Shown here piece by piece: positions 14,227 through 25,671 of a stretch of 64,000 nt of DNA. The notes below the pieces were generated by a model. That model was not told the DNA's origin. It made no database searches and worked only from the letters and a program-made list of their open reading frames with translations. Source of the stretch: Felis catus (taxonomy: Eukaryota); contig NC_058386.1 in the NCBI RefSeq assembly GCF_018350175.1, positions 93,372,001 to 93,436,000 on the forward strand. The letters are read 5' to 3'. The translations under genes and the position numbers were made by a program. Numbering within the stretch: the first letter of the stretch is position 1; each line of letters opens with the position of its first letter.

Positions 14227-15734
14227 TGGACTTGGTGATCTTGATGCCAACTAAAATCCACCAAGAGTTTTCTTCTCCCGTGACCAGAATTTGCACGCAG
14301 AAATTTGGTACCCAACGTTCAGCATCTCCCGTTTATTTACCCCTAGTAAGGGCTATCTTGGTCAGCTCAAACTGCCATGATCTCTTTGGGTCATGGGCCA
14401 ACTTAGTAACATGCTTTCTATATTTATATTCAGGTCCTTGAAAAATTCAGGTTTTACCAGTCCCGCCCTTCTTGGCCTTTCGTCTTAACCCCTTTTGTGC
14501 CAACAATTAATTATCAGTGTTATTTACATTCTTGGTGCCCCGTATTAGGATAAGTCGGAACAAAGTAGAGGAAGCAAAGAACAGGACTAAACCGTTGTCC
14601 CCGAGGTACTTCTAATTTGGTGGAAGAGATGGTTCCTACAAAAAGAAAAGAAGAAAATAGTGGAAATAATGCAATAATGTTGACTTACAGACCAGGGAAA
14701 CCAGGCCCGTGAACTTCCGGAGATGACTCTCAAACAAGCAAATATTCTGATGCCTGGTGAAAGCCCTCATTACCGCAGGAATGCACAGTAGAGATCAGAG
14801 GGGTCTGAAAGAGTCAGAATAAGGTGTAGACAGAACAAGACTGCTAGCTCAGGGCTAGGAATGAAAGAAAACCCATTGTTGCCCTGGCCTTTCAATCTTG
14901 GCTTAATTTAAACAAAAGGTCCTAATCGTCATCTTTCTCATTCTGTGCGGGAAGAGCGAAACGCATGCCCATATTATAAAATGCATTCATCGTAGCCTGA
15001 ATGTTTCTTTAAGGAACTGACGTCTAAGTAGCTTGCTCTCTCTCCTCCTTGGTGAGGCTACCAGATTATATGCCCCTCTCTCCTCAAACTTATGGGTATA
15101 TTGGTTGTTTTTTTTTTTTTTTATTAGATACTTGATTACTAGAAGTCACAACTACAAGAATGTCAGATACAATTAAATGAATGTCTAAAAAATAATCAGA
15201 AGGACAGATTCCTAATCTTGATATAGCTTTTTATTCTGAGAAGTGGCAAAAATACGTAGACGGGACCTTCCAAATCCTCCCCCAAAGGTTTTTAGTCTCT
15301 TCCTCCAACCATCGATGAGAGGATCAGAGAAGCAGAGTTGACTGTTGTTTTTCGCTCAAACGGGGATCTTTCCAAAAACGAGTTGCACTCAGACAAAGAC
15401 TGACATGATCAGAGACTGCCCCCTGCCTTCGTCTTCATTAAAAATAATCCTACCAACTTTGAAAAGATTTTGTGTATAATGAGCCATCTGTATCTAAGAT
15501 TTTTTTTTTTTCTTATTCGATGACCCTGCTTGAGGAACAGTAAAAGAGAAATTTACTGTGTAAAAGACCATGAAAGTTTATCTCTTTGGATATCATGCCT
15601 CAAGGATGGACATTATGGATATCATCCTGGGTTTTCCCAGTTAAGCAAAAATATGAAATGCTGAAAGTATTATTTGATACAATTGTTTAATTACCCCCCA
15701 AAATCCTTCTGTCAAGATTTCCTTTAAACCTAAA

Positions 15735-15735
<1 letters not shown>

Positions 15736-15772
<37 letters not shown>
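15736..15772. repeat. (TA)n microsatellite
   Basis: Seen directly. Confidence 0.95.
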
Positions 15773-15774
<2 letters not shown>

Positions 15775-16890
15775 ATGGATGGAAGGAATATCAATATGTC
15801 TTGTATTTGTGTCCTGTGGTAAGAATCCCAAGGTAGAATTTTTGTGTAGCTTCTTTTGCTCTGCAAAAATATCTGCCTTGGAGTATTTTTCAGGAAACCA
15901 GTCACTCATTATTAAATCAATCATAGTCATATGTGTCTATAATCTTTTAGTTTTGTTATAATAGGGCTCTCTGGTCAAGAGGAAAAACCATAATGAGGAA
16001 GGAAGTAAATTATTCCAGTCGGTTACTATTGTTTATAAGAACGTTCCCCAAGTCTTAAATGAGCGATTTTTACCTAGTTGGTAACAATCTTCTTTAAATC
16101 TTTCCTGGATTTTCAAGTCTGGAGTTTTGGAAAGGTAGATAGTTGAGGTGGGGGGAATCCCCCTGGTGTGAAAGTTGCAAAGGCAAGTCTATGTCCTTAG
16201 AAAAGGGGGCAAGTTTTTGGAAACTGTTCCGGGGACAGCTGGGGATTTGCATCAAAGCCGAGAATTTCACAGTACATGACTCCTCTTTTCCGGGACAACT
16301 TCCATAGACCTAAGGAAGGGAAGGGAAAGCCGTGAAAATCCTCGGGCCGATTCCCCAGGACGATTTTAGGCAGGAGTTGGGAGAAAACCTCTCCGGCGAC
16401 GGCAGTGCGCGCCAGAGGGTGCTGGTTTGGAGTTCGCTCCCCCCGATCTTAAAGGGAGCCCTAAATTACTCCTTGCACTCTACTCTCCGGGCTAGGGTTG
16501 CCAAACCCACCAAAACCCGTCGGACCCGCTAGCGCCGGGCCAGGCCGCCGCCTAGAGAAGCCAAAGGGGCGGTACGCGCCTCCTGTGCCGGGAAAGCGGG
16601 GCTGGCGCTCCTCGCTGAACCCCGCGCCCCGAGCCCGGCTGCGTCCCCGGCTCGGGCTCGGCCTTCCCCGCTCGCGGCCACCCGGCGAGCGCCGCTCAAG
16701 GGCAAATTTGCCTGCCGGTGCGCACTCGAATTTGGAAGCCCAAGGCGCGCTTCAGCCCGCCGCCTGGTGAGCTAACTCTGTGCGGCACCGGGAACCTTCC
16801 CCATCCCCGAACGGGCTTCACCCCGGGTCCTTCTCGGCACTGGTGCCGGTCTCGGGGAGAAGGAGAGAACAGCCTAGAGAGCGAGATGGC

Positions 16891-16926
16891 TAGGAGTAGT
16901 AGTAATAGTAATAATCGTAATAATAA
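16891..16926. repeat. (TAG/TAA)n degenerate trinucleotide repeat inside the CpG island
   Basis: tag gag tag tag taa tag taa taa tcg taa taa taa. Confidence 0.8.
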
Positions 16927-18699
16927 CCGATGCATCCTCACCCCCAGCCTCATCATTGTCCTGACCGTGGTCAGCGGCTCTCAGCCTGGTTCCCCCAGGG
17001 AGCCGGGCAGCTCCAAAAGGTCCCCGGCTTCGCTTCGGCATCGGCGGACGCTCGCTCAGGGCTCTCGGCTCGGCAGAGTCCATCTTGCCCTTTAGCGAGT
17101 GTATCACAGGCATTTATATTTACATTTTTAAAAGTAGGACTCACGTCTCGGTCTCCCACAAAATAAGGCAGTCCCGCCAGAGAAGCCGGGACCAAGCATT
17201 CTGTGCCCGCGGGGACAGAGAAAGAGGACACTTGGGGAATTTTGAAAGACGGGTGCTTCATTAAGTTAGAAGGAAGACATACGTTTGCTCTTCGATATTT
17301 ACAAATTACCGTTCGCGAACAAAGCCTTGCTAAACACGCGAACGTTGTGCAGCCCGCGGACTTCGCAGCGCGGTCGCCGCCACCTGTGCGGCACCATGCA
17401 GTAGCATTCAACAGATGCTCCAAGAACACTGCGATGGGTTTTTGCTTTGCGAAGGAGAACTTGGGTGTGGACAGTATGCTCGCTGCCAAATGAAATGTCA
17501 GAACCCTGCAAACTGTCTGAATTCAGTGAAGACGGGGGAAATCCTAGGATTCCCGCAAGCCCCTGTTGGAATAGACCAAAGAGTTCCCTTTGTGAATCGG
17601 GAAACTGAGGCACAGACGGAAGTGACCCGAAAGAAGGAAAGGACCCACTTCTTATCATTGCTCCCACCTCCTTCCCCAACCCGAAGTTTTGGTGCTACTG
17701 AGGCAAACCGTCCCCAGGGAGGCCAGCCGCTCCCTTCCCTCTGCGCTCCCTGGGGTCCGATCCCCCCCCCCCCCCCCCCAGCTGCCCTACGGCCGCCGGT
17801 GTATGTAGCCTGTTCGTATAATCGCCGCTCTGCGGTCGGGTCCCAAGTAGCCGAACCGGAGTCTCGATCTCTTTCTTCGGCGCGGCTCCTGGGACCGGCA
17901 AGGAGCCAATCCCCACTTCTCCCGCGGCCCTCGGTACATTGCGACGGAGCCTCGACCAGGACCAGAGACACACACACCCCTCAATTTCCATTCCTCCTTA
18001 GAAGGAATCTGCTTTGGCCCCCTTCCCGGTGGGATCTTCTCCACTACTAAGTTTGGTCTTGCTGCCTCCGAGGCGTCTTGGCCCAGGTGGCTCCGACCAC
18101 CGTTCTCTGCGGGGCGGCCAGGACACCGCAGGCACCTGCCGGGCGCCGGGGAGCCCGGCGGGGGGGGGGGGGGGGGGCGGGAGAGCTCTGCTTACAGGGC
18201 TGCAGCTCGGCATCCCGTTAGTTGCCAAAAGGGATATCTGTGGTTCACTTCTTACCCTGCTGTCTTGACCATGTCAAGGCAGCCCTCACGGCGGCTGGGG
18301 CGACAACTGACCGTGGGCCTCAGGCTCTGTCCCAGAGAAATAGGTACAGCCCCACCGCAGAAACGCAAAATAGCTGCCCCTGGGGTGTCTTTCTAAGCAC
18401 CTAGGGGGGGCTGTGGGGTCAAGAAGGAAACCAAATTGTACCCTCTTGGGGCATGAAGGCCAAGAGTTTTCCTTTCTCCTTTCTCAGCATTTGGGGCTAG
18501 GGACAACGCGGGGTGTGTGTGTGTGGGGGGGGATGCTGTGGTAAAGGGCCTTAGAGCCACGGCCTTTGCTCACTAAATATGTTTGACCTTGTGAATGCCT
18601 CGCTTGTTCCTGTTGTGGAAAGGGGTTAGGAGTTGGAGACAGAACGTCAGAGGGAGTTTCAAAGCTTGGTGGAACTTCTAAGACTTCTGAAATGTTAAG

Positions 18700-18722
18700 G
18701 TGTGTGTGTGTGTGTGTGTGCG

Positions 18723-18753
<31 letters not shown>
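18700..18753. repeat. (GT)n promoter microsatellite with CG interruptions
   Basis: Seen directly, ~300 bp upstream of exon 1. The human promoter has a known (GT)n at a comparable position. Confidence 0.95.
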
Positions 18754-18859
18754 TTGGGAAGACGTTCTGTGAATCTTTAAGGGTGCATTCTTGAGACACC
18801 CCCACCCCATGACTGACCTCGGTTCCCCCCAGACTCCAGGCCTCATAAATCAAGTTAAT

Positions 18860-18895
18860 CACCACCGCCGCCACCACCGCCACCACCACCACCAC
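18860..18895. repeat. (CAC/CGC)n trinucleotide repeat
   Basis: caccaccgccgccaccaccgccaccaccaccaccac. Confidence 0.85.
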
Positions 18896-18977
18896 GGGGT
18901 CTCGCGCCCCCTGCCAGCAGGTTCCAGATGCACTAAGACACGGTCCAAACAGGCCGGGGGCAGTGCAATGCTGAGCG

Positions 18978-19040
18978 CTGATTGGCCGCTCTTGGCTCCA
19001 CCCCTCCTCCGGTTTTGGCCCAAGAGAGCGGTGCAGCACC
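18978..19040 (+). promoter_or_regulatory. HTR2C TATA-less core promoter: inverted CCAAT box (ATTGG 18981-18985) and CACCC/GC-type box (~18998-19010)
   Basis: Motifs are visible directly upstream of exon 1. Region resembles the recalled human promoter segment GCTCTTGGCTCC...TTTTGGCCCAAGAG. Confidence 0.7.
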
Positions 19041-19252
19041 GCCAGCGCGGGGTAGGCGCTCTGGTGCTCGCCGAGGAAGCTCGCAGCCTCGGGCGCACCG
19101 ATCTTTCCGATCTTGCCTTTGGAGCAGCTAGATCGCCAACCTTGGCTGCTCCATCGGCCTGCCGCCCCTTACCTGCGATCGCATACGAACTTTTCCTCCC
19201 TCTTGGACACCGCTGTCGTCGGAGTCGTCGAGATCGGCGTGGCGCTCGCGTG

Positions 19253-19276
19253 ATGGCCTTCGTCCGTTTAGAGTAG
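19253..19276 (+). promoter_or_regulatory. uORF1 in exon 1 (MAFVRLE*)
   Basis: GTG ATG G context (G at -3 and +4); ATG GCC TTC GTC CGT TTA GAG TAG. Confidence 0.6.
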
Positions 19277-19328
19277 TGTAGTTAGTTAGGGGCCACCGAA
19301 GAAGAAAGAAGACGCGAATAGTGCAGAG

Positions 19329-19352
19329 ATGCTGGAGGTGGTCAGTTACTAA
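19329..19352 (+). promoter_or_regulatory. uORF2 in exon 1 (MLEVVSY*)
   Basis: GAG ATG C context; ATG CTG GAG GTG GTC AGT TAC TAA. Confidence 0.55.
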
Positions 19353-20489
19353 GCTAGAGTAAGATAGTGGAGCAAGACCAGCCAAACCTGTCCGGGGGCG
19401 CACGGTCGCCCAGAGGAGGTCGACTCGCCGGTGCTCACTATCGCGCCGAGCTCCCTCCGTCCCTCCCTCCGCCGAGGCGCGAGATTGCGGCGCGCAGCGC
19501 AGCGCAGCGCATCGACTGCCGCGGGCTCCGCTGGGCGATTGCAGCCGAGTCCGTTTCTCGTCTAGCTGCCGCCGCGGCGACCGTTGCCTCGTCTTCCTCC
19601 CGGACGCTTGTGGTAAGTTGGAGCCCCGGGCGGCATTGCTAGCCGAGACCCTAACGGTTCAGGCGGGGGGGATGGGGTGGGGAGCGGGGACAGGTCCCGG
19701 ATGGTTGCAGCTTGCAGAACTGCGCTGGCCCGAGCGGGAGGTGGGGGGGGGGGGGCGGGAGGTAGGGAGGGACTCTGAACGCGCAGCTCGAGGAGAGCCT
19801 GGGGGTCTCTGGGAGGAGGCGGGGGGGGGTGTCTTAGCTCCACGGGAGGGGCACTGAAGCCTCAAAGGAGGTTGGGAAGCCGGGGGGGGGGGGGGGGAAG
19901 GGGGGAGGACTTGAGATGGAGGCGCTGGGCGGAGGGGGGGAGGGTGGTCTCGAGAATCCAGCGCCCGGGTTGCTGAGAGAGAAACGGGAGGCGGGCGTGG
20001 GGTCTCAAGAAGTGGAGGGGCGGGGGGAGAGGGAACGTGGGTGTCTCTGGGCAGAGGTTCGGGCTGCGGAAGGTGCAACTGAATTGGGGATACGGGCTCC
20101 GTTTTTAAGAAAGCCGATTTCAGGAAAGTGGGAGGGGGGCACAGGGCTTGGGACAGTGGGAGCAGCGTGGGGCGAAGGATCCTCTCTGACGTGCTCATTG
20201 AAAACCGACCCTGATTCTCGGAGGGTCTCAGGGAACACCGGTAACTCTGGGGATAGGAACACTGCGGATCTGTGTCTGGGTCTAACAGCTGTGGGCTGAA
20301 TTTGAACAGCGCTGCTGATGGTCACGTAAGTTTAAGAGGAGAGCATCAGGGCATTCGGCGAGCCTTTTTATGAGTTTACCTAAGTCACTATATTTTGAAG
20401 AGGATCGCGGAAAAGTCTCCAGTCTTAACAGTGTTGCCGTTCCTGAAGCCACATAAAGTTCGTCATTGCAAAACGTGTCTGTGTGTCTG

Positions 20490-20520
<31 letters not shown>

Positions 20521-20987
20521 TTTTTTTTGCGCCGTGCCCTTTGCCTTTGGCTTCCCGTTGGGTAGTACGCGACCGGAGGTGACCAACATTTTGTATTGTG
20601 TTCAAGACCCCTTTATTTGAAGCGACAGCACTCCTCCACTCAGATTCAGCGGGCGACATTTGATACTTGGTATCTAATTTGGTCAAGAATCGGAGCCAGT
20701 ACCGTGCAGCCTCTTCATTAATGTTTACCATCACGAGCCCTACCCAAGGAACCTCTGACTGCTGAGCCACTAAGGGCCTATGCCCCTCACCACATACCTT
20801 TCAGGCAGGCTAACCGAGGGAACCTCGCTGTAGGGCGAAGTAGCACTTAGCTGCGCAGTGAGCAACCTCTGAGCTTCCCAGCTTGCAGACCCTCTTGACC
20901 TCACCCACAGGGGTGCAGAAGGACATCTGGGTTCTAGAGTTTAAATTTTGATGGAGAGGTGTATCCACATATCAACCATTCTGACAA

Positions 20988-20988
<1 letters not shown>

Positions 20989-21033
<45 letters not shown>
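20989..21033. repeat. (CA)n microsatellite
   Basis: Seen directly. Confidence 0.95.
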
Positions 21034-21035
<2 letters not shown>

Positions 21036-22832
21036 CACCCCCCCCCTCCAGGGGGTGAGGGGGGAGAATTAAATAGTTTTTTCTATGTTGTCGGGAGGTG
21101 GGTTCTAGAATATTTAATTAAACATTTTATTCCTTAAATATGTTCTTCTAATCCTCCTGGGGAGGTAATAAAATATTTGTTTATTTCATCCACACAATTT
21201 CTTTCCTACTAGCTATTATCATCTACAGCAACAAGCCCAAGGTAAGTCCTGAAATTCCGAAGGTGGATAAGGCTTATGATTGCAATGTCAAGGTAGGATC
21301 CGGGGTGCTTAAGCCAGCACTGACAGTGTTTTTCTCTCTGCATGATCTAGAGAAGGTTATTAACCCTTCCTGTGCTTTCCTGAGAGATCTATATCTGGAG
21401 CTGTCACGGTTGATGATGATGACATTTTCAGATAATAACATGACAGGCTTTGGTGCTGTATGAATTCATGCGAGGAGAGAGGAGAAACTGACATTTTTCT
21501 AGATTAATTTAAGGCAATGGAGTAAGAAATATTTCTTTGTGCTTTCAAGGCTACCTGGGAAAAAAGATGTTTATTTCTTCCACAGTACACGTAAAACCTT
21601 AAAAACCTAACATCTCTGATATGACGTTGGACTGATCCATTAAAGGTTTAAGCACTGTGGGGATCTCCCCCACCGGGGTTTACAAGTAGTAGATTTCTCC
21701 TCTGGCAAGTAAATTCTAAAACCGTGTTAGATGGGCACTACCACTTGGAATTGAATGATTTGAGAATATTTCTGCATGTAGCTGGTCAGTACCTAAATCT
21801 AAATAAGAATCTGAAGCCTCCATGAATCCTCAGTTATTTTACTAGTCCATTTTTTGCCTTCAAGTAAACGGTATTTCTCTCCACTGAAGGGAAACACAAC
21901 AATCAAAACGAAATTTGAGAGAGAGATTATCCGAAACCAACATTAAATGTCTTCAGCTACTCTTATTAAATTGCTCAAGGCCTGAGACCGAAGAAAGTGG
22001 CTGCTTTCTGAGCCTGCAGGCAAATAGGTCCCAAGCTATAATGGCTCCAGAAGCTTCAGACCATTTGGTCAGCATCATTAAAGAACCTCTTACCACCCTA
22101 TTCTTATAGCAGCGGAACCCCTCCCAAAATGGGGGTGTACAACGCTTGTATTGAGACTTTTTTGGTAGAACATCTGCTGAAGATCAGTGTTGTCTAGTGG
22201 AAGAAATAGTGAATTGGTACCACTAGGGGCCTAGATAGCCATGAGCAAATGAGGAAAACTTGACCGTAAGTTGGAGTTAATAAGATACAGTAATAAGATA
22301 TACCATCGTAATATAATAACGTACATTAACGTGACACATTAATGTAATGATCTGTTAATCCTATTTGATTATTGTGAAGCACATGGATATTAAGCATTTT
22401 AAATTTTTGCACAAAGCTGTTTTTGTTTATTATTATTGTTTATTTGCCCCTGTTCCAGGATACTTATGTCATTTAATCTACAACTTGTACACTCTTGAAT
22501 CTCAGAAGCCCCATATGCTGAGAACATTGCTGCAAAACAGCCTAGTAATCTCCATTTTCAACAACGAACACTGAAACCAACCAAGAGGTTAAGCCGCACC
22601 ATCATTTGGCCAGTCGCTAGCCGATTTCACCTAATGCTCACACACAACGACCCCTTGGCGGTTATTTCTGACATTGTCATCCACAAATGATAGAGTAAAA
22701 GCAGGAGTTCAAACACGAAGCACGTGAGCTAGAATCTTAATTATGTTGTTGTTTTTTTTTCTCCCTGTACCCAGTATCTCTACTTCATCCTAATTCTTCT
22801 TCGTTTCAACTGTGTTTAAGACTATGCCATCT

Positions 22833-22997
22833 GGGGGCGCCTGGGTGGCTCAGTGGGTTGAGCCTCCAACTGTGGCTAAGTTCGAGCCCCACATCAGGCT
22901 TGTTGCTGTTAGCGCAGAGCTGATTTAGATTTAGATCCCCTGTCTCCCTCCCTCTGTGCCCTTCCCCTGCTTGCGCTCTCTCAAAAATCAATAAAAG
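22833..22997 (+). mobile_element. Can-SINE with internal deletion
   Basis: Consensus head and tail; middle shortened. Confidence 0.8.
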
Positions 22998-23324
22998 GTT
23001 TACGATATCGCATCTATAGTGGGCATTTAATAAAGCCAATCTTATTAATTAGGGTAAACTTTATTCATAGACGACCACTTGCATGATCTAATTTGAGAAG
23101 CACTAGAAAGGCCTCTGGGCCCCCAAATGAGTCGCCTTCGTGGTTTTCTGCAGCACTTGAGATTCTACATTGAGGAATTTCCTTTCTAATGTTAGTTCTC
23201 GTCTCCTTTAAATACAAACATCCACTAAGAGGGGCGACTTGTTTTTGTCACTGCCTATTAATAACTAAGCCTAAATTTGTTGACAGTTATCGAATAGCCT
23301 GCAGGACGGCACAGGATGACAGCC

Positions 23325-23502
23325 CCAGCCACGCGTGGCTATTTACATGCAAACTGGTCGACAGTGAATAAAACTATAAATTCAGTCCTTCAGTCTCACA
23401 GACCGTATTTTAGCTGCTGGACAACCACCGGTGCCCCGTGACCCCCTGTTGGACAGTGCAGGCATAGACTGTCCTCGTCGCTGCAGAAAGTTCTTTTGGA
23501 CA
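23325..23502 (-). mobile_element. MER3-like hAT DNA transposon remnant
   Basis: agccacgcgtggctattt...ttggacagtgcagg...gcagaaagttcttttggaca resembles recalled MER3 consensus. Confidence 0.6.
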
Positions 23503-24842
23503 TGAATTTCCAGCACACTAGAACATGTCTCTTCTGCTTTTATTTAAAGAAGTTTTCACTGATGCATACCCCTTTTCAACATTTTCTGGTCTCTTAATGC
23601 CTACACCTTCCTTGAAATTTTCGGCTCCTGGCCCTTTCTTGTTGTCCGATTTTAATCTTGCCGGTTTCTAGAGACTTCATTATTTTTGCCGATGGCTGAA
23701 TAACAGTCCGGCCTCCTCGTTCCTTGGCCTCTTGTTTTCCATTGTCCTCGGGCCCAGGGACACACCTGAAATACATCAGTTTCTAAAATTTTACAGTTCA
23801 GAAATACTAGGAAGTTCAGAAAACTTGGACTCAGTACCCACCCACTTGCCATCTCCACTTCTTTTTCTTCCTAATCTGATAGTCTGACCCCTTATGCCAC
23901 TCATCGCATTTCTCACCATCACCCAATACACACGACCGTCCTTGCTGCCCTTCCACTGCCCCCCCCACCATTTACCTCCCCTATTTCAAGATAATCTGTC
24001 CTATTTTCTACTCGGATCGCTGAGCATTCCTGGAGAAAACTCACAAAACTACACATTCACCGTCTCCAGTCTCAGCTGGGCCCTCAGCACGGCTCAACAA
24101 TCCCTTTGCTTGCCAAATTTGCGTGTTGACTCCCTTTCCTATGTTCCGAGACACGTGTTCCAAACTTTTGCAAGTCCTGCCAACTTCTCTAGGCTACTCC
24201 GGTACCCCCCGATTTCAGCGATTCTTTCACACCACACAGAGAAAACAGAAGCTAAAGAGATAGAAGTATGAGGAAGATGTCATCTCTATTATCTTCTCCG
24301 TCCTCTTCTTCTAGATATTTATTTATTACTTCTGTGCTTATGTCTTTTGCTTTGCCTTGGAAACATAAATGCCCCTGTTCCTTTCCCGAGTTAACTTCTC
24401 CCTCTGTGCACTGGATCCTGTTTCCTTCTATGTCCTGAAGGTCTCATCCATGATACAGTCGTCTCTTTCTGCAGTATCTTACATGGTCCCTTTTGGTTCC
24501 TTGCCCTCCACATACAAACTCCATCTTCCTTACATTGAAAAAATGGATCCCTTGTGACAGGCTAGTGTTATTAATGCATTTCAAGTTAGTTATTAAAATG
24601 ACCACGCTTTCCTTCTGACCCATTTTTAAGGAAGTGCTCTCCTAAACCTGTTCTCCATCCCATCCCCAGCCTTATTTCTCTATCAGTTTCTTTTGGCCCA
24701 TGGAAAAACATTGAGAGTATATAGGTGGTCAGCGAAGGCCATTTCACCTGCCCTAAATTCCTAAACACGGCTTTAGTTAATTCGGTTCAGGTCACTATAA
24801 GAATGAAGTATCCTCTGGTGGACAATAAAAGGAATAGATTTC

Positions 24843-24990
24843 NNNNNNNNNNNNNNNNNNNNNNNNNNNNNNNNNNNNNNNNNNNNNNNNNNNNNNNNNN
24901 NNNNNNNNNNNNNNNNNNNNNNNNNNNNNNNNNNNNNNNNNNNNNNNNNNNNNNNNNNNNNNNNNNNNNNNNNNNNNNNNNNNNNNNNNN
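24843..24990. other. Assembly gap (N)
   Basis: Run of N. Confidence 1.
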
Positions 24991-25406
24991 ATTTCTGATA
25001 AAAGGAGTGAGCAATAAAGAAATCAGGAAATGGAGAGTTAGTTCAACGCACCTAGGTGCAGCCTGAAATACTGTACAAGGTGGTTAGCCAAGCCTGGGAA
25101 GAATGAGGGTGGGGAGTGAGTGTCGCCTTCCAAGGAAAATGAAGCAGCTTGATTGGAGGGAGGAAGGGAGAGTGAGCATTCAGAGTGGAATCAGCCTTAT
25201 AATACAGGATGTAGGGGGTAGGTGCACTATAAATTTTTTTTTTAAATAAAAATTACTACTGAAACCAAAGACCATATCAACTAATCTCTCGAAAAGAATA
25301 GCAATGAACACACTGAACTGGGGTTCTCTTTATCTTTTTTCATTTTTCTAAAAAAAAAAAATTACCGTTGCCTTTAAAGTCGTTAGTGTCTTTGAAGTCA
25401 TGGTGC

Positions 25407-25671
25407 TTTTTTTTTAATGTTTATTCATTTATTTTTGAGAAAGAGAAGCATGAGGGAGGGAGGGAGGGAGGGAGGGAGGGGCAGATAGAGAGGGGCAGAT
25501 AGGGAGGGGCAGATAGGGAGGGGCAGAGAGTCTCAACGGGCAGGTTGCACGCTGTCAACGCAGAGCCCGACGTAGGGCTTGATCTCACGAACCTTTCACG
25601 AACCACGAGATCATGACCTGAGCCAAGATCGAGAGTCAGAGGCTTCACCGACTGAGCCACCCAGCTGCCCC
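25407..25671 (-). mobile_element. Can-SINE with expanded purine repeat
   Basis: Consensus plus (GGGA)n and gggcagatagggag repeats. Confidence 0.85.

Larger units (their letters stand above)
19040..19612 (+). other. HTR2C: HTR2C exon 1 (non-coding 5' UTR; TSS approximate)
   Basis: Closely matches my recollection of the human HTR2C 5' UTR (GGTAGGCGCTCTGGTGCT...GTGATGGCCTTCGTCCGTTTAGAGTAGTGTAGTTAGTTAGG...GAGATGCTGGAGGTGGTCAGTTACTAAGCTAGAGTAAGATAG...GCAGCCGAGTCCGTTTCTCGTCTAGCTGCCGCCGCGGCGACC). Ends at donor GTG|GTAAGT (19613). Lies in a CpG island. Confidence 0.93.
16330..20720. promoter_or_regulatory. CpG-island cluster spanning the HTR2C promoter, exon 1 and start of intron 1
   Basis: High GC and CpG density against an AT-rich background. 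No SINE between ~14243 and ~22832. Confidence 0.88.

Noticed and set aside
13983-14441. 152-aa ORF and other recurring ORFs such as MAQSVKRPTSAQVMISR or RQRETEHERGRGRE
   Set aside because: Translations of Can-SINE consensus sequence.
16222-16243. Possible REST/RE1 site (CCGGGGACAGC)
   Set aside because: Only the right half-site matches; the left half TTCAGCAC is absent.
16332-20770. Many long overlapping ORFs (e.g. 17415-18050, 211 aa; 18791-19276, 161 aa; 19659-20198, 179 aa)
   Set aside because: Low-complexity Pro/Gly/Arg-rich translations expected from stop-poor CpG-island DNA; mostly non-ATG starts; no recognisable domain.
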